Below are positions 39,222 through 49,505 of a stretch of DNA of 64,000 nucleotides, piece by piece (position 1 is the first letter of the stretch; each line of letters begins with the position of its first letter). Where the stretch lies: the IMG/VR virus record IMGVR_UViG_3300035701_000003. One strand, given 5' to 3'. This stretch comes from a virus. Under the pieces are notes generated by a model that saw only the letters and a list, made by a program, of their open reading frames with translations, had not been told where the DNA came from and searched no databases. The position numbers were made by a program, and so were the translations under genes.

Positions 39222-41218
39222 ATATGGCAAAACCACGAATAACCGGCGGACCACCGAAAATTATATTGCCAGGCGCGGAGAGTAATTTCAAACAAGTTAT
39301 AGCGTCTCAAAATGAAGGGACCCCGGGAAATAAATTTGCTAACGCTGCTAAGGCCCCTGTAAGAGGTTACGGTAATACTAATATTTCGCGAGACTCTATT
39401 CTCAAAACAGCTTCTTATTTAGATGTAACTAGAAATGCCCCTTTATTTAATGATCCGCGTTACACCAGTAGTACCCTTTCTATTCCTACAGATAATAGAA
39501 CTTTGCATGGTTTATATCGTTTCTTCACGGAAACTGACCCTATCGTAGGAGCCTCTTTAAAGATGCATTCGGAGTTACCGCTGGCTAATGTTGCCCTTGG
39601 TACTTGTGAGGACGAGGGTATTCAAAGACATTTCGATGCTATGTGGGATAGAATTAACGGTACTAAGTTATTAACAGATATGGTATCTGAGTATTATGAA
39701 ATTGGAGATTGCTTCCCCTTCGGCGCGTTTAATGAAACCGATTATATGTGGGATCAATTTGCTATTTTGAACCCCGATTATGTTAAGATAGAATCTACCT
39801 GGTTGAATCAAAATCCTTTAATTAAACTTATTCCAGACGAGAACTTAAAGAAAATAGTACAAACGAGAAGTCCAAGATTTATTTATGATCAACTTCCGCA
39901 AGAAATAGTCCGTTACGTATTATTTAATAGAGAGATTCCTTTAGACCCTAATAATGTATTTCATATTTCTCACGCAAAGAGACCTTATGAATTAAGAGGC
40001 AGGTCTTTAATAAAGAGAATTCTCAAAACGTTAATGTTAGAAGATAGATTTAATCAAGCCAATTTTGCATTAGCTACTAGGCACGCAGTTCCTTTGACTG
40101 TAGTTAAGGTCGGCGATCCTACTACTGGTTGGACGCCCAATGAAGAAGAATTAAACGCTGTGAGAGATTTGTTCGCCGCGTGGGAGTTGGACCCAAATTT
40201 TAGCATCTTCTACCACTATGGGATTGACGTTCAATTTTACGGCTCTAATGGAAGGGCGCTCCCAGTAGGCCCGGAACTAGATAGAATATATAGATTAAAG
40301 TTTATTGGATTACAAGTTCACGAACAGTTACTAGCTGGCGGCGGTGGTAGTTACTCTCAAGCTTATATTAATTTGGAAGTACAAAGACAAAGATATTTAA
40401 ATTTACAATTAAAACTCGAACAATTTTTACACGAAGGTTTATTTAAACCTGTTGCCGACCTTTGCGGTTTCTATAGAGTCCATAATAGTACTACTTCTGG
40501 ACATGGTGGTGTTAAGAAATACTCTTACGGTAAAGAAGATGATTTCCAAAAGAGATTATTAAAGCAGTTTACTACTTTAAGAGATTTAAAAGATAACGAG
40601 GAATTTTTAAGATACGTCAGAAGTAAGTTAGCTGAGTATGAAGAGAATACTAATAAACAAGAAAGAGAATATGTATTTCCTAAGATTGATTGGGGGGCAA
40701 TGTCTGCAGCTAGTGATGAGAATCTAAAGAATTATGTTAAATGGTTATCGAAAGAAAGACCTTATTTAATAGATGATGCTACCTTGGCTAGACTAGCTAA
40801 ATTAGATAGAGATACTCAAGAAGATGCTTATATAGAAGATTTAAGAAGAGCTAAGACTAGATTTACAGAAGTTAATAAAGAAGGTTTATTACCTTTTGCA
40901 CAATCAAGAACTGGTAAAGGCGGTGGAGACTTTGGAGGAGATGTTGGAATGCCTTTGGATATGGGCGGGATGCCCGCTGGGGGAGGACCTGGGGCTGGAG
41001 GACTTGGAGAAGGTGAAGTTCCTAATGTTCCTGCCGGGGCCGGTGGACCTCCCGAGACAGCCGGTGGTCAAGTAGCACCTGCTGGAACAGAAGCTTCTAT
41101 AAAAGAAAGTACCGTTTTAGATGATAGGTTCATTACTAGTGAAAATAAATCATTACTAAAAGAAAAAGAGAACTGGAGTAAAGCTATTGCTGAAGCTATT
41201 ATTATAAAACCAGAATAG
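39218..41218 (+). CDS. Portal protein
   Basis: LYRFFTETDPIVGASL..HSE, LNPDYV, HISH...YELRGRSLI; immediately upstream of the prohead protease; Gly-rich tail. Confidence 0.85.
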   Translation: MNMAKPRITGGPPKIILPGAESNFKQVIASQNEGTPGNKFANAAKAPVRGYGNTNISRDSILKTASYLDVTRNAPLFNDPRYTSSTLSIPTDNRTLHGLYRFFTETDPIVGASLKMHSELPLANVALGTCEDEGIQRHFDAMWDRINGTKLLTDMVSEYYEIGDCFPFGAFNETDYMWDQFAILNPDYVKIESTWLNQNPLIKLIPDENLKKIVQTRSPRFIYDQLPQEIVRYVLFNREIPLDPNNVFHISHAKRPYELRGRSLIKRILKTLMLEDRFNQANFALATRHAVPLTVVKVGDPTTGWTPNEEELNAVRDLFAAWELDPNFSIFYHYGIDVQFYGSNGRALPVGPELDRIYRLKFIGLQVHEQLLAGGGGSYSQAYINLEVQRQRYLNLQLKLEQFLHEGLFKPVADLCGFYRVHNSTTSGHGGVKKYSYGKEDDFQKRLLKQFTTLRDLKDNEEFLRYVRSKLAEYEENTNKQEREYVFPKIDWGAMSAASDENLKNYVKWLSKERPYLIDDATLARLAKLDRDTQEDAYIEDLRRAKTRFTEVNKEGLLPFAQSRTGKGGGDFGGDVGMPLDMGGMPAGGGPGAGGLGEGEVPNVPAGAGGPPETAGGQVAPAGTEASIKESTVLDDRFITSENKSLLKEKENWSKAIAEAIIIKPE

Positions 41219-41237
41219 TTTTTAAGGAGTAAAAGAA

Positions 41238-42248
41238 ATGTTAATAAAACAAGCCATACAAGAAGTTAGAGCTATCCCTTTGAATTCTATATACTCTAAA
41301 CAGGAGAAAAGAGTAGTTCCTATAAATACAAATGAGTTTCGATATCTTCGATTTAGAGCTATTGGTAATATGGAGGTATCCGGTTTTAATGGAAATCTTG
41401 ATGGTTTTCCTTATGAGTACTTTGAAGATGATGAACCCGGGTATGGCTATAAATCTTTTAGAGGGAAGAGAGCCCATCATGAACACAATAGTAATCTTGG
41501 AGTAGTAGGTAGTATAGGAGATTTACCAGATGCTTATTTAAATAAATTTAATTACCCAGAAGATGTACCTGAAAAGAAATGGGCTTCCTTATTAAATAAA
41601 GTATCTGATTCTAAGAGAATAGCTATTTTACAGATGCCCGGTCAAAAGTTAGGGGATATAGAAGTGTTGATGCGTATAGATACTACTCTTTTGAAAAGTT
41701 CTTCTTTAGATAAAAAAGTAAAACAAGCTCTCGAAAGAATAGTTAGGATGATAGACACCGGCCAGAGTTTAAGTTGTTCTATGGGTACTAACGTTCAGTA
41801 CAGTGTTTGCAGCGCTTGTGGTAATGAGGCGAGATTCGCATCGGATTATTGCAACCACCTTTCTAAGAGAAAAGGCGCTTTAACAGTAGTTACTGCTAAT
41901 GAATTGAGAGACCTTTTAGATAAAGGAATACTAAGACCTGAGTGGTTAAAACATATTACTACTTCTAAATACGATGCTAAGGATGTAGTGGAAGGAATTA
42001 GTAATAGAGGTGTTCCCGTAAAGAATGGAGAATTAAATCATAAACTATCCTTCTTTGAATTATCTATTGTTGGAATCCCCGCATTTCTCGATGCAAAAAT
42101 GTTAGAGAAACTGGCAAAGAAAGCCGAAGGCGATAGAAAGACTTATTTAGATTTATTGCGAAAAGAAATAGGAGATGATAACTTATTAGATATTTATGGG
42201 TTGTTACAAGATGATGGTATAATTTCAAGTCAATGTCAAGTATACTAA
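41238..42248 (+). CDS. Prohead maturation protease
   Basis: N.DGF, FRGKRAHHEH, SCSMGT...SVCSACGN..C.HL and FFELSIVGIPA motifs; lies after the portal gene. Confidence 0.8.
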   Translation: MLIKQAIQEVRAIPLNSIYSKQEKRVVPINTNEFRYLRFRAIGNMEVSGFNGNLDGFPYEYFEDDEPGYGYKSFRGKRAHHEHNSNLGVVGSIGDLPDAYLNKFNYPEDVPEKKWASLLNKVSDSKRIAILQMPGQKLGDIEVLMRIDTTLLKSSSLDKKVKQALERIVRMIDTGQSLSCSMGTNVQYSVCSACGNEARFASDYCNHLSKRKGALTVVTANELRDLLDKGILRPEWLKHITTSKYDAKDVVEGISNRGVPVKNGELNHKLSFFELSIVGIPAFLDAKMLEKLAKKAEGDRKTYLDLLRKEIGDDNLLDIYGLLQDDGIISSQCQVY

Positions 42249-42249
42249 A

Positions 42250-42573
42250 ATGGAAAAGACGTCTTTAAGTTTTGAAGATTACTTAAATACAGATATTTCT
42301 GATGTTATTTATAAAGATCACAAGTATAATTTATCTAATAAAACTGTTAATATTATTGTTACTAGTCCTTTTGACGTAGAAGACGATACAAATAACCTAA
42401 TATCTCTAGAAGCTGGTGATAGACTAATTATAACAGGATTACGGCCGGATTTTTATGAGATGAAATACAATGAAATTACAGTTTATCAACATTATAAAAT
42501 AGTAGATAAAAATACTGTACTAAGTAAGCAAATAGAAGGTAATTGGAGAGAGGTGTTACAATGTTTAAAATGA
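42250..42573 (+). CDS. Hypothetical protein (SH3-like; C-terminal NWREVL motif)
   Basis: LEAGDRLII segment; GNWREVL. Confidence 0.55.
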   Translation: MEKTSLSFEDYLNTDISDVIYKDHKYNLSNKTVNIIVTSPFDVEDDTNNLISLEAGDRLIITGLRPDFYEMKYNEITVYQHYKIVDKNTVLSKQIEGNWREVLQCLK

Positions 42574-43415
42574 CTATTAAAAAAATCGGAAACCTTTATC
42601 AAATAGATGATAATGAGACTCCTATAGACTCTGCGACCCTCAGAAACACATTGGCATCTCTTACTAATTCTGATGATCCTAAGGTAAGTAAAATAATGGA
42701 TGATATTGATGAAAAAGAAGAGACTTCTTTAGAAATTCAAGGTAGCAAAGGAGTGGTAGTTGATTTATATGAAGTAGATTATCAATCAGCAGACCCTATG
42801 AAAGAAACTCAAAATTTAGCGAAGAGTTTAAATGAAAAAAGAGATTTTGTAACTCAATATTTGTTTCCGGATAGTACTACTGATGATGTTTTAGTGGGAT
42901 TAAGGCAAGATGTTTTAAAAGGACAGGATCAATCCCAACCAACTAGAGGTCCCCAGGAACAAGAACCTGCGAGACTTTCCAATTTAGAAAGTATGAGTTC
43001 TCTTTTTCAACTTTCTTACGCCAGAGACTTAAGTGAGGACCAGAAACAAGATATCTTAGAAACACAGACTATTTCTTCAAATCTACTCTTTAGTAATCTT
43101 AAACTACAGCAGGATAATTGGGTTAGACTAAAAGCTAAAAGTAACAAGTTAAATATAGAAGCCCTCATTGGAACCGATACTTTCAGATATTTAATATCTT
43201 TACAAAAAGAAAGAGATGTGGAACATTACAGTATAGATTATGCTTCTTTAGTTAAATTAGGAGTTAATCCTTTGGATTTAATTGATGTAGTAGAAGCGTG
43301 CCAGTTGGGGAGTCCTAGTAAAGTAGATGAAGATACTACATTAGATCAATTAATAAATGCATGCCAAGAACCGATAATACAAATATATGGCAGAAAGGTA
43401 AAGAGAAGTGGATAA
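42561..43415 (+). CDS. Hypothetical head-region protein
   Basis: ATG at 42561 after GAGG. Confidence 0.6.
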   Translation: MFKMTIKKIGNLYQIDDNETPIDSATLRNTLASLTNSDDPKVSKIMDDIDEKEETSLEIQGSKGVVVDLYEVDYQSADPMKETQNLAKSLNEKRDFVTQYLFPDSTTDDVLVGLRQDVLKGQDQSQPTRGPQEQEPARLSNLESMSSLFQLSYARDLSEDQKQDILETQTISSNLLFSNLKLQQDNWVRLKAKSNKLNIEALIGTDTFRYLISLQKERDVEHYSIDYASLVKLGVNPLDLIDVVEACQLGSPSKVDEDTTLDQLINACQEPIIQIYGRKVKRSG

Positions 43416-45474
43416 GTTAGAAGGTACAATTTTAGCAGATTACGACACTATTTACTTTGACCTCGATAAGACACTATGGGAGTGTTATACTTCTCAAGGT
43501 ACTAGTATCGGCGCTTATGATATGACTCCTCCTTTTGAATTAAAGACTGGAGTTATGATTAAGGATATAGAAGGAAATTTTTGTAAACTTCAAGACGGTA
43601 TTAGAACTATATTACGGTTGCTAGATGAAAGAAACACTAATATGGGTACTTTAAGTAGCGGAGAGGCAGAGAACGTAACCTCAGGCGCTCAACCTTCTGT
43701 TTTACTTCTTAAGAAATTTGATTTATATGGTTACTTTAATATGGGCGTTGTTTGTAAAAGAGGAATCGATAAAAGAGAATACGCTCTTCCTTTTGGAAAG
43801 ACTTTACTTATAGACGACGACGACGAAAATTTAGATAGCGTAAAAGAAAACGAATTAGTAGATATTTTAGATAGGAAGGCTTTTGAAGATTGGGATCAAT
43901 TACTACAAAAGAAAACAAGTAATTTAGTTTTAGGTTTATATTCTTTTTTAACTAAAAGAGCCCAAAAAGAATTTGAGTTTCGTTCTGGGGCTAGTATATT
44001 ATTAGACTTATATAAAGCTGAACTTGATTATACCCCGGCTAAAAGGAAACAAGGCGGCGAAGAAGAAGTATCCGATGAAGAAAACGTAAGATTTTTACAA
44101 AGTAAAAGTAATATACCAAGGTTATTTGAGGAGGCTGTTCAATATTTAAGAAATATGTTAAATGATACTATAGAATATAGTTCTAAAAGATCCGACTATA
44201 TCACGGATAGCCAACTAGTAATAACTACCTTCAGTGAAGCTTTGCGAGTATTAAACGAAACTTCTAAATATATTTATAATGCAGATCACTGGCCTCAAGT
44301 TTTTATAGTTATAGATAACGTAATAAATCTCATGCATACTGATATGACTTTTATAGAGCATATATTATTATCTGATGAATCTACTTTAAGTAAATCTTAT
44401 GAAGAACATATTGGAGCTGAAGCTATTACTTTCGAAGATAAAGATGACTTTGGATATTATCTTAATAAATTACAAGAAGAGTGGAATGAGTTTAAAGATT
44501 TTCTTATCCAGCAAGGTAAGAGTCTCCAGTTTACTTCCGAATCTAGTAAGTTATCTTGGCAAGAACATTTAGACCCGGAAAAGATTTATAATGGGGATAT
44601 TGAGATGCCAGACCTTTTTTGGGAAGATATTCCTGATAAAGTACGGTGGTATTGTGAGGGTAGGGGTATATCTTATAGAGAAATGCCAGAAGCTATTAAG
44701 ACTAGTTTTGATACTGCCCTATTAAAGTGGGAAGCACGTTGGGAAAAGGAAAAGAAAAAACTTTCTTGGCAAACGCAACCCGAAGGCATGACAGAGGAGC
44801 AATTTTGGCAGATAATGGGCGCTAGTGATACACCGGCTAATGTTAGAAAGAGATTAAGAATGCTTACCCCCGAGCAATTGATTGTATATCAGGATATGTT
44901 TAATATTTTATTTACTAAAATGTTACCAGTTGTCCAGGATGAATGGATGGAAGCAAGTTCTGATAGTTTAGATTATTCTATATTTAATGTTATATATTCA
45001 GGGAAAGATGACTATTATTATGTTCTTGCTCATCCACGGTATATAAACAACGTAGGTGAATATGAAGAGGTTTCTTACTTTGCAGGAGAAATTTATGAGG
45101 AAAAAACTGGGGATGATAAGGCTTTTTGGGATGGTATTAAACCTTATGGAAGTTTGAAACTTGGTTGGCAAATACAACCCGAAGAACAAAATCCAAATTT
45201 ATCTTTTCAGTATGATTTAATTAAAAAAGCTATAGAGAAGTTAGACTTCCTTGATTTTGGAGAACAGGATTTAGTACAGGATGCTATTTATGAAGCTAAA
45301 GAATACTTCGAAATGATAGGTAGTAATTACAATCTAAAAAATTTAAATCAAACTATGAATTTACTTGATAGAGTATACCAAATGTGCGGCATACCTTCTT
45401 TCCCTACAACTGAAGAAACTAGAAATCTAAGCAAAGCTCAAACTATAATAGATACTTTGATGGATAAGTTATAA
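43408..45474 (+). CDS. Linker-motif protein with N-terminal HAD phosphatase (MDP-1-like)
   Basis: YFDLDKTLW (DxDxT), LSS, LLIDDD; linkers KLSW x2 and KLGW. Confidence 0.8.
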   Translation: MDKLEGTILADYDTIYFDLDKTLWECYTSQGTSIGAYDMTPPFELKTGVMIKDIEGNFCKLQDGIRTILRLLDERNTNMGTLSSGEAENVTSGAQPSVLLLKKFDLYGYFNMGVVCKRGIDKREYALPFGKTLLIDDDDENLDSVKENELVDILDRKAFEDWDQLLQKKTSNLVLGLYSFLTKRAQKEFEFRSGASILLDLYKAELDYTPAKRKQGGEEEVSDEENVRFLQSKSNIPRLFEEAVQYLRNMLNDTIEYSSKRSDYITDSQLVITTFSEALRVLNETSKYIYNADHWPQVFIVIDNVINLMHTDMTFIEHILLSDESTLSKSYEEHIGAEAITFEDKDDFGYYLNKLQEEWNEFKDFLIQQGKSLQFTSESSKLSWQEHLDPEKIYNGDIEMPDLFWEDIPDKVRWYCEGRGISYREMPEAIKTSFDTALLKWEARWEKEKKKLSWQTQPEGMTEEQFWQIMGASDTPANVRKRLRMLTPEQLIVYQDMFNILFTKMLPVVQDEWMEASSDSLDYSIFNVIYSGKDDYYYVLAHPRYINNVGEYEEVSYFAGEIYEEKTGDDKAFWDGIKPYGSLKLGWQIQPEEQNPNLSFQYDLIKKAIEKLDFLDFGEQDLVQDAIYEAKEYFEMIGSNYNLKNLNQTMNLLDRVYQMCGIPSFPTTEETRNLSKAQTIIDTLMDKL

Positions 45475-45476
45475 TT

Positions 45477-48400
45477 ATGGGAAATTTCTGGAAAATATTT
45501 TCGCTTGAATTACCTAAAGGAGAAGACTATTCTGATTATTACGATTCTATAGATGTTTCACCTCCTGAAACAGAAAATTGGAGTCCTACTGAAAGAAAAA
45601 GAAAAATAAACCCTCTGAAGTTTCGTTCTGAAGATGATGATAATATGATGTTTTTTGAAAAAGGTTTACATCAAACTATAAACAACCCCGAATCAGAACG
45701 TCCTCTTACACCTTACGGCGGATTAAACTTTTCTACTCCTGATTACTGGATATCTCCTACTGGAAATAGTATACTATCTACTCCCGATCATATCAGAAGT
45801 ATTTTTAAATATCTAGGACAGATAGATTCCACACTACTCGATAATTTTAAAGAAGGCAAAGACGTAGAAGAAATTATTCAAAAGGTTATTGCTAAAGGTT
45901 GGATTAGAGTTATAACAGATAACATGGTAGCACACTTTGAAGTTTCTAGGTTTACACCTCGAGAGAAACATCTTATCGAAGATTTTTTAGTTGCTAAAAC
46001 CATAGATAAATTAGCAATATATACTACCGGTGGTATAAAGATTTTTGAAGGCACTGCAGGAGAGTTTTTTGATTTTGATAAATTCAGTAGTTTGAAACTA
46101 GGATGGAGAGTACCTCAAGTAGGAGATGAAATATATAATAACATAACCGGCGAGATCGGAAGACTTGTTGCTATAGGAACCCCTTCTGAATTACGGAACT
46201 GGGCCGCGTGGAATCTAAAGAATGACTTTCATTTTCATATATCCGACGTGATAGACGGGGCTTTAGTAAGCGAAGATAAGCAATATTGTATAGTTAGATC
46301 TTTAGGAGGAAAGTACTATGACCTTTTACCTTTAGAAGAAGTAGACTTAAATAAATTCTCCTGGCAAATAAGTTACGAAAATAAACTAGAAGAAATAGAC
46401 GATCTTTGTCACTACATAACTGACGATAGCGGTTATACTTGGGAGCATGGAATTACTTTAAAAGATTTAAGAAGAGTATGGCCGGAATTTCTTAACGAAT
46501 ATAATATTAATTTCTTATATTCTAGGGGAGGAATGTTTGTATTATATGAAGATATTGAGAAATCTATTAAAGAGAACTGGAAAAAACTCTCCTGGCAAGT
46601 GCAGGAGGAATTCAGACTTTTATCTCCTCAAGAATTACAGAGATCTTATTATAAATTAAGAGGGCTCGAGGATACTTTTAGTTATAATATAAATCCCACT
46701 CCCGGTAATCCTATTTTAAAAATCTTACTTAGTTTAACTCCAACTAGTGGATGGTTTAATACGAATGCTTATGTATTTGAAAAAAGTGGTAAATATTTTG
46801 AAGTTGTGTTATATAAACCCGACGCGCGAATTACTATTCATAATGATCAATCCCGGGAACTCGAGAATTATTTACGTGCTATAAGCACTACTGGTTCTTT
46901 TAAATTCAGTAAAAAAGAACCAAGTGACGCTCAATTAGATGCAGGTAACTATAAGAAGAAATATGTAAAGAAAGATGGTTTAGATATTTCAATTGAAAAT
47001 GAAAAAGGTTCTACAAGGTCTGGTACTGATAAGGATGGTAAAGAGTGGTCGACGAAGATGAAAAACGACTACGGTTACATTAAAGGTACCGTAGGTAAAG
47101 ATAAGGACCATTTAGATTGTTTTCTTTCTAATGACTATAAAGAAGACCAACTTGTATTTATAATAAACCAAACTACAGAAGGCGGAAGATTCGATGAGCA
47201 TAAAATAATGTTAGGTTTTGCTAATAAAAAAGATGCTGAGGATGCCTATCTTGATAACTATGAAAAAGGATGGAAGAATTACAAAGATATTGCTGAAATG
47301 TCTATGGACGACTTTAAGGAGTGGTCAAAACATAAAACTAAAACAAAAGAACCCGCAGAAGAGATAAAAAAAGAATCTTGGAAACTTCCTGATTTACAGA
47401 CTTCCTTAAAACCAGGCGCTGTTTTTAGAATGCAATTTTTCGGTTCCCCTAATTATCAATATTTTTATATTAAAGAGTTAAAAGGCATAATTAAAGATTA
47501 TTTTAAAACTGAGTTTCCAGAACATACTTCCGAAGATTTCAACGATGTTAATTTACAACAATATTATGGTATTTACTCTGCTAAGTCTTTAGGTGAATTG
47601 ATAGAAAGGTATAAACTCGGATATTTTACTTCTGGGTTAGGTATTTTCTTAAGTCCTAATTGGCTAGATGATATGGAATATTTGGGGCAGATAGAAGACG
47701 TAATTAAAAATTATGATACTACTAACAAACAATCTTCTCTTAAATTTTCCGACCCTCTTACTTATACTGATAAAAGTGATATTGACGAAGATAAAAAAGA
47801 ATTTGACGATAGGGCCTTAGTTTTTCAGCAAGCAGAACCTCTTGTTCCAGAGGCGCCTAAAGATACTATGTGGATTGAACCCTCTGAAAAAGATTTTCCA
47901 CGTCCCGGTAACGAACTTGAACTAATGCATCTGGATACTGATGACAATACTATTTTACAGAACGAAGTTCCGAGAAAGAAGACTATAGCATGGCAAATAC
48001 AACCCGACTTCGAGGAATTCGAAAAAATACTAAAACAACGCGGTTACTCTTATTATATTGATAACTATACTCTTATTATAGATTATAAAGGTTCTGTTTA
48101 TCTTTATTCTCTTACTACTCTTCCTGATAACATACAGTTTAATAATAAAGGTTATGTTGATCTTTCTTCTCTTACTACTCTTCCTGATAGCATACAGTTT
48201 AATAACGAAGGTTATGTTGATCTTCCTTCTCTTACTACTCTTCCTGATAACATACAGTTTAATAATAAAGGATATGTTAACCTTAATTCTCTTACTCAAT
48301 TACCTGAGAACACGCAATTTAACAACAAAGGAGATGTTGAACTTCGCTTTCTTACTCAATTACCTGAGAACATACAATTTAACAATGAAGGATATGTTTC

Positions 48401-49484
48401 CCTTCGCTCTCTTACTCAATTACCTGAGAACATACAATTTAACAATGAAGGATATGTTTCCCTTGATTCTCTTACTCAATTACCTGAGAACAAATATGAT
48501 ATATTTAAGAATGAAGGAATAGTATACTTATACTATAACCTCAGAAACGATAACTGGTCTAGATTCGACCCAAGATTAAGAGAAGGTAATTTGAAATTAG
48601 GTTGGCAAACTCCCAAAGCATATGAGCCGTCTCCTCGAGAAAAATTATCTCCTTGGTTTCAATCTTATACCGCCGTTTTAGAATATCCTCCCGGAACGCT
48701 CGGTGAGGAAGAAGGTTGGTCTGAAGAATTTGATATATATGCTATAAATGAATATTACGCGAAACAATTTGCTGAAGAATACGCTAAAGATATTTATATA
48801 TCTGGTTATAAACTAAAAGTAGAACTTAATTTTGGAATATCTTCTTCCCTTAAACTTGGTTGGCAAATACAAGAAGAATTTGAACGAGGAGATGTAGTGA
48901 GTTTCGAGTATACCTCCACAGGAAGTGACAAGACTTATACTGCTATTGGTAACTATTGGGGTAGGGATAATAGCAATACTAAATATCCGGTAGTATTAGA
49001 AAACGTTTATTATGGTTTATTACCTATTACGCGCATAGGGACTATAAGAATAGCTGATAACGTTCCTTTATATTTAATACGTAAGACTACTACTTCTTCT
49101 TTAAAATTAGCGTGGGAGGCCGCAAGAAGTGTATGGTTAGGCTACTGGGCAATACCTGGTAATCAAGATATAAATCCAAACAGAGAACAGGAGAACTGGA
49201 CTACTATTATTTACGCTGATACGGATGACTTTAAAAAAGCAGTAGATGTAATGAAAGAGAAATTTACGAATTACCTAAAGATGCATTTCCCCGAAGCTTA
49301 TAGAACTGGTTTTCACTTTAATACTGGTTACTTATGGGCTCTTAATAGTGAAAAACTTACAAATTTAACTAAAATTTTATCAAAGGAAGAAATTAATAAT
49401 TTTATGAATGATAGTATAGTAGTAGTTGACAAGAAACCCTTCCCGGTAACCGTAAGCGGTGGTGGAGCTATAACAAGATTATGA
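45477..49484 (+). CDS. 1335-aa polyvalent linker-motif polyprotein with inorganic pyrophosphatase-like domain and LRR cassette
   Basis: ISIENEKGSTRSG...YGYIKGTVGKDKDHLDCF...DEHKIMLGF; about 10 linkers. Confidence 0.85.
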   Translation: MGNFWKIFSLELPKGEDYSDYYDSIDVSPPETENWSPTERKRKINPLKFRSEDDDNMMFFEKGLHQTINNPESERPLTPYGGLNFSTPDYWISPTGNSILSTPDHIRSIFKYLGQIDSTLLDNFKEGKDVEEIIQKVIAKGWIRVITDNMVAHFEVSRFTPREKHLIEDFLVAKTIDKLAIYTTGGIKIFEGTAGEFFDFDKFSSLKLGWRVPQVGDEIYNNITGEIGRLVAIGTPSELRNWAAWNLKNDFHFHISDVIDGALVSEDKQYCIVRSLGGKYYDLLPLEEVDLNKFSWQISYENKLEEIDDLCHYITDDSGYTWEHGITLKDLRRVWPEFLNEYNINFLYSRGGMFVLYEDIEKSIKENWKKLSWQVQEEFRLLSPQELQRSYYKLRGLEDTFSYNINPTPGNPILKILLSLTPTSGWFNTNAYVFEKSGKYFEVVLYKPDARITIHNDQSRELENYLRAISTTGSFKFSKKEPSDAQLDAGNYKKKYVKKDGLDISIENEKGSTRSGTDKDGKEWSTKMKNDYGYIKGTVGKDKDHLDCFLSNDYKEDQLVFIINQTTEGGRFDEHKIMLGFANKKDAEDAYLDNYEKGWKNYKDIAEMSMDDFKEWSKHKTKTKEPAEEIKKESWKLPDLQTSLKPGAVFRMQFFGSPNYQYFYIKELKGIIKDYFKTEFPEHTSEDFNDVNLQQYYGIYSAKSLGELIERYKLGYFTSGLGIFLSPNWLDDMEYLGQIEDVIKNYDTTNKQSSLKFSDPLTYTDKSDIDEDKKEFDDRALVFQQAEPLVPEAPKDTMWIEPSEKDFPRPGNELELMHLDTDDNTILQNEVPRKKTIAWQIQPDFEEFEKILKQRGYSYYIDNYTLIIDYKGSVYLYSLTTLPDNIQFNNKGYVDLSSLTTLPDSIQFNNEGYVDLPSLTTLPDNIQFNNKGYVNLNSLTQLPENTQFNNKGDVELRFLTQLPENIQFNNEGYVSLRSLTQLPENIQFNNEGYVSLDSLTQLPENKYDIFKNEGIVYLYYNLRNDNWSRFDPRLREGNLKLGWQTPKAYEPSPREKLSPWFQSYTAVLEYPPGTLGEEEGWSEEFDIYAINEYYAKQFAEEYAKDIYISGYKLKVELNFGISSSLKLGWQIQEEFERGDVVSFEYTSTGSDKTYTAIGNYWGRDNSNTKYPVVLENVYYGLLPITRIGTIRIADNVPLYLIRKTTTSSLKLAWEAARSVWLGYWAIPGNQDINPNREQENWTTIIYADTDDFKKAVDVMKEKFTNYLKMHFPEAYRTGFHFNTGYLWALNSEKLTNLTKILSKEEINNFMNDSIVVVDKKPFPVTVSGGGAITRL
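47988..48610 (+). repeat. LRR cassette copy C (seven units; mosaic of copies A and B)
   Basis: 5' and 3' ends near-identical to copy A; middle near-identical to copy B. Confidence 0.9.
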
Positions 49485-49505
49485 AATAATATAAGGAATT
49501 AAGTT

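Noticed and set aside
28822-48610. CRISPR array interpretation of the 60-bp repeats
   Set aside because: Repeats are in-frame coding units without unique spacers; no cas genes
5062-49484. Linker as a purely DNA-level recombination site (integron attC-like)
   Set aside because: Extensive synonymous codon variation, no palindromic structure and no integrase seen; microhomology may help shuffling but conservation is at the protein level
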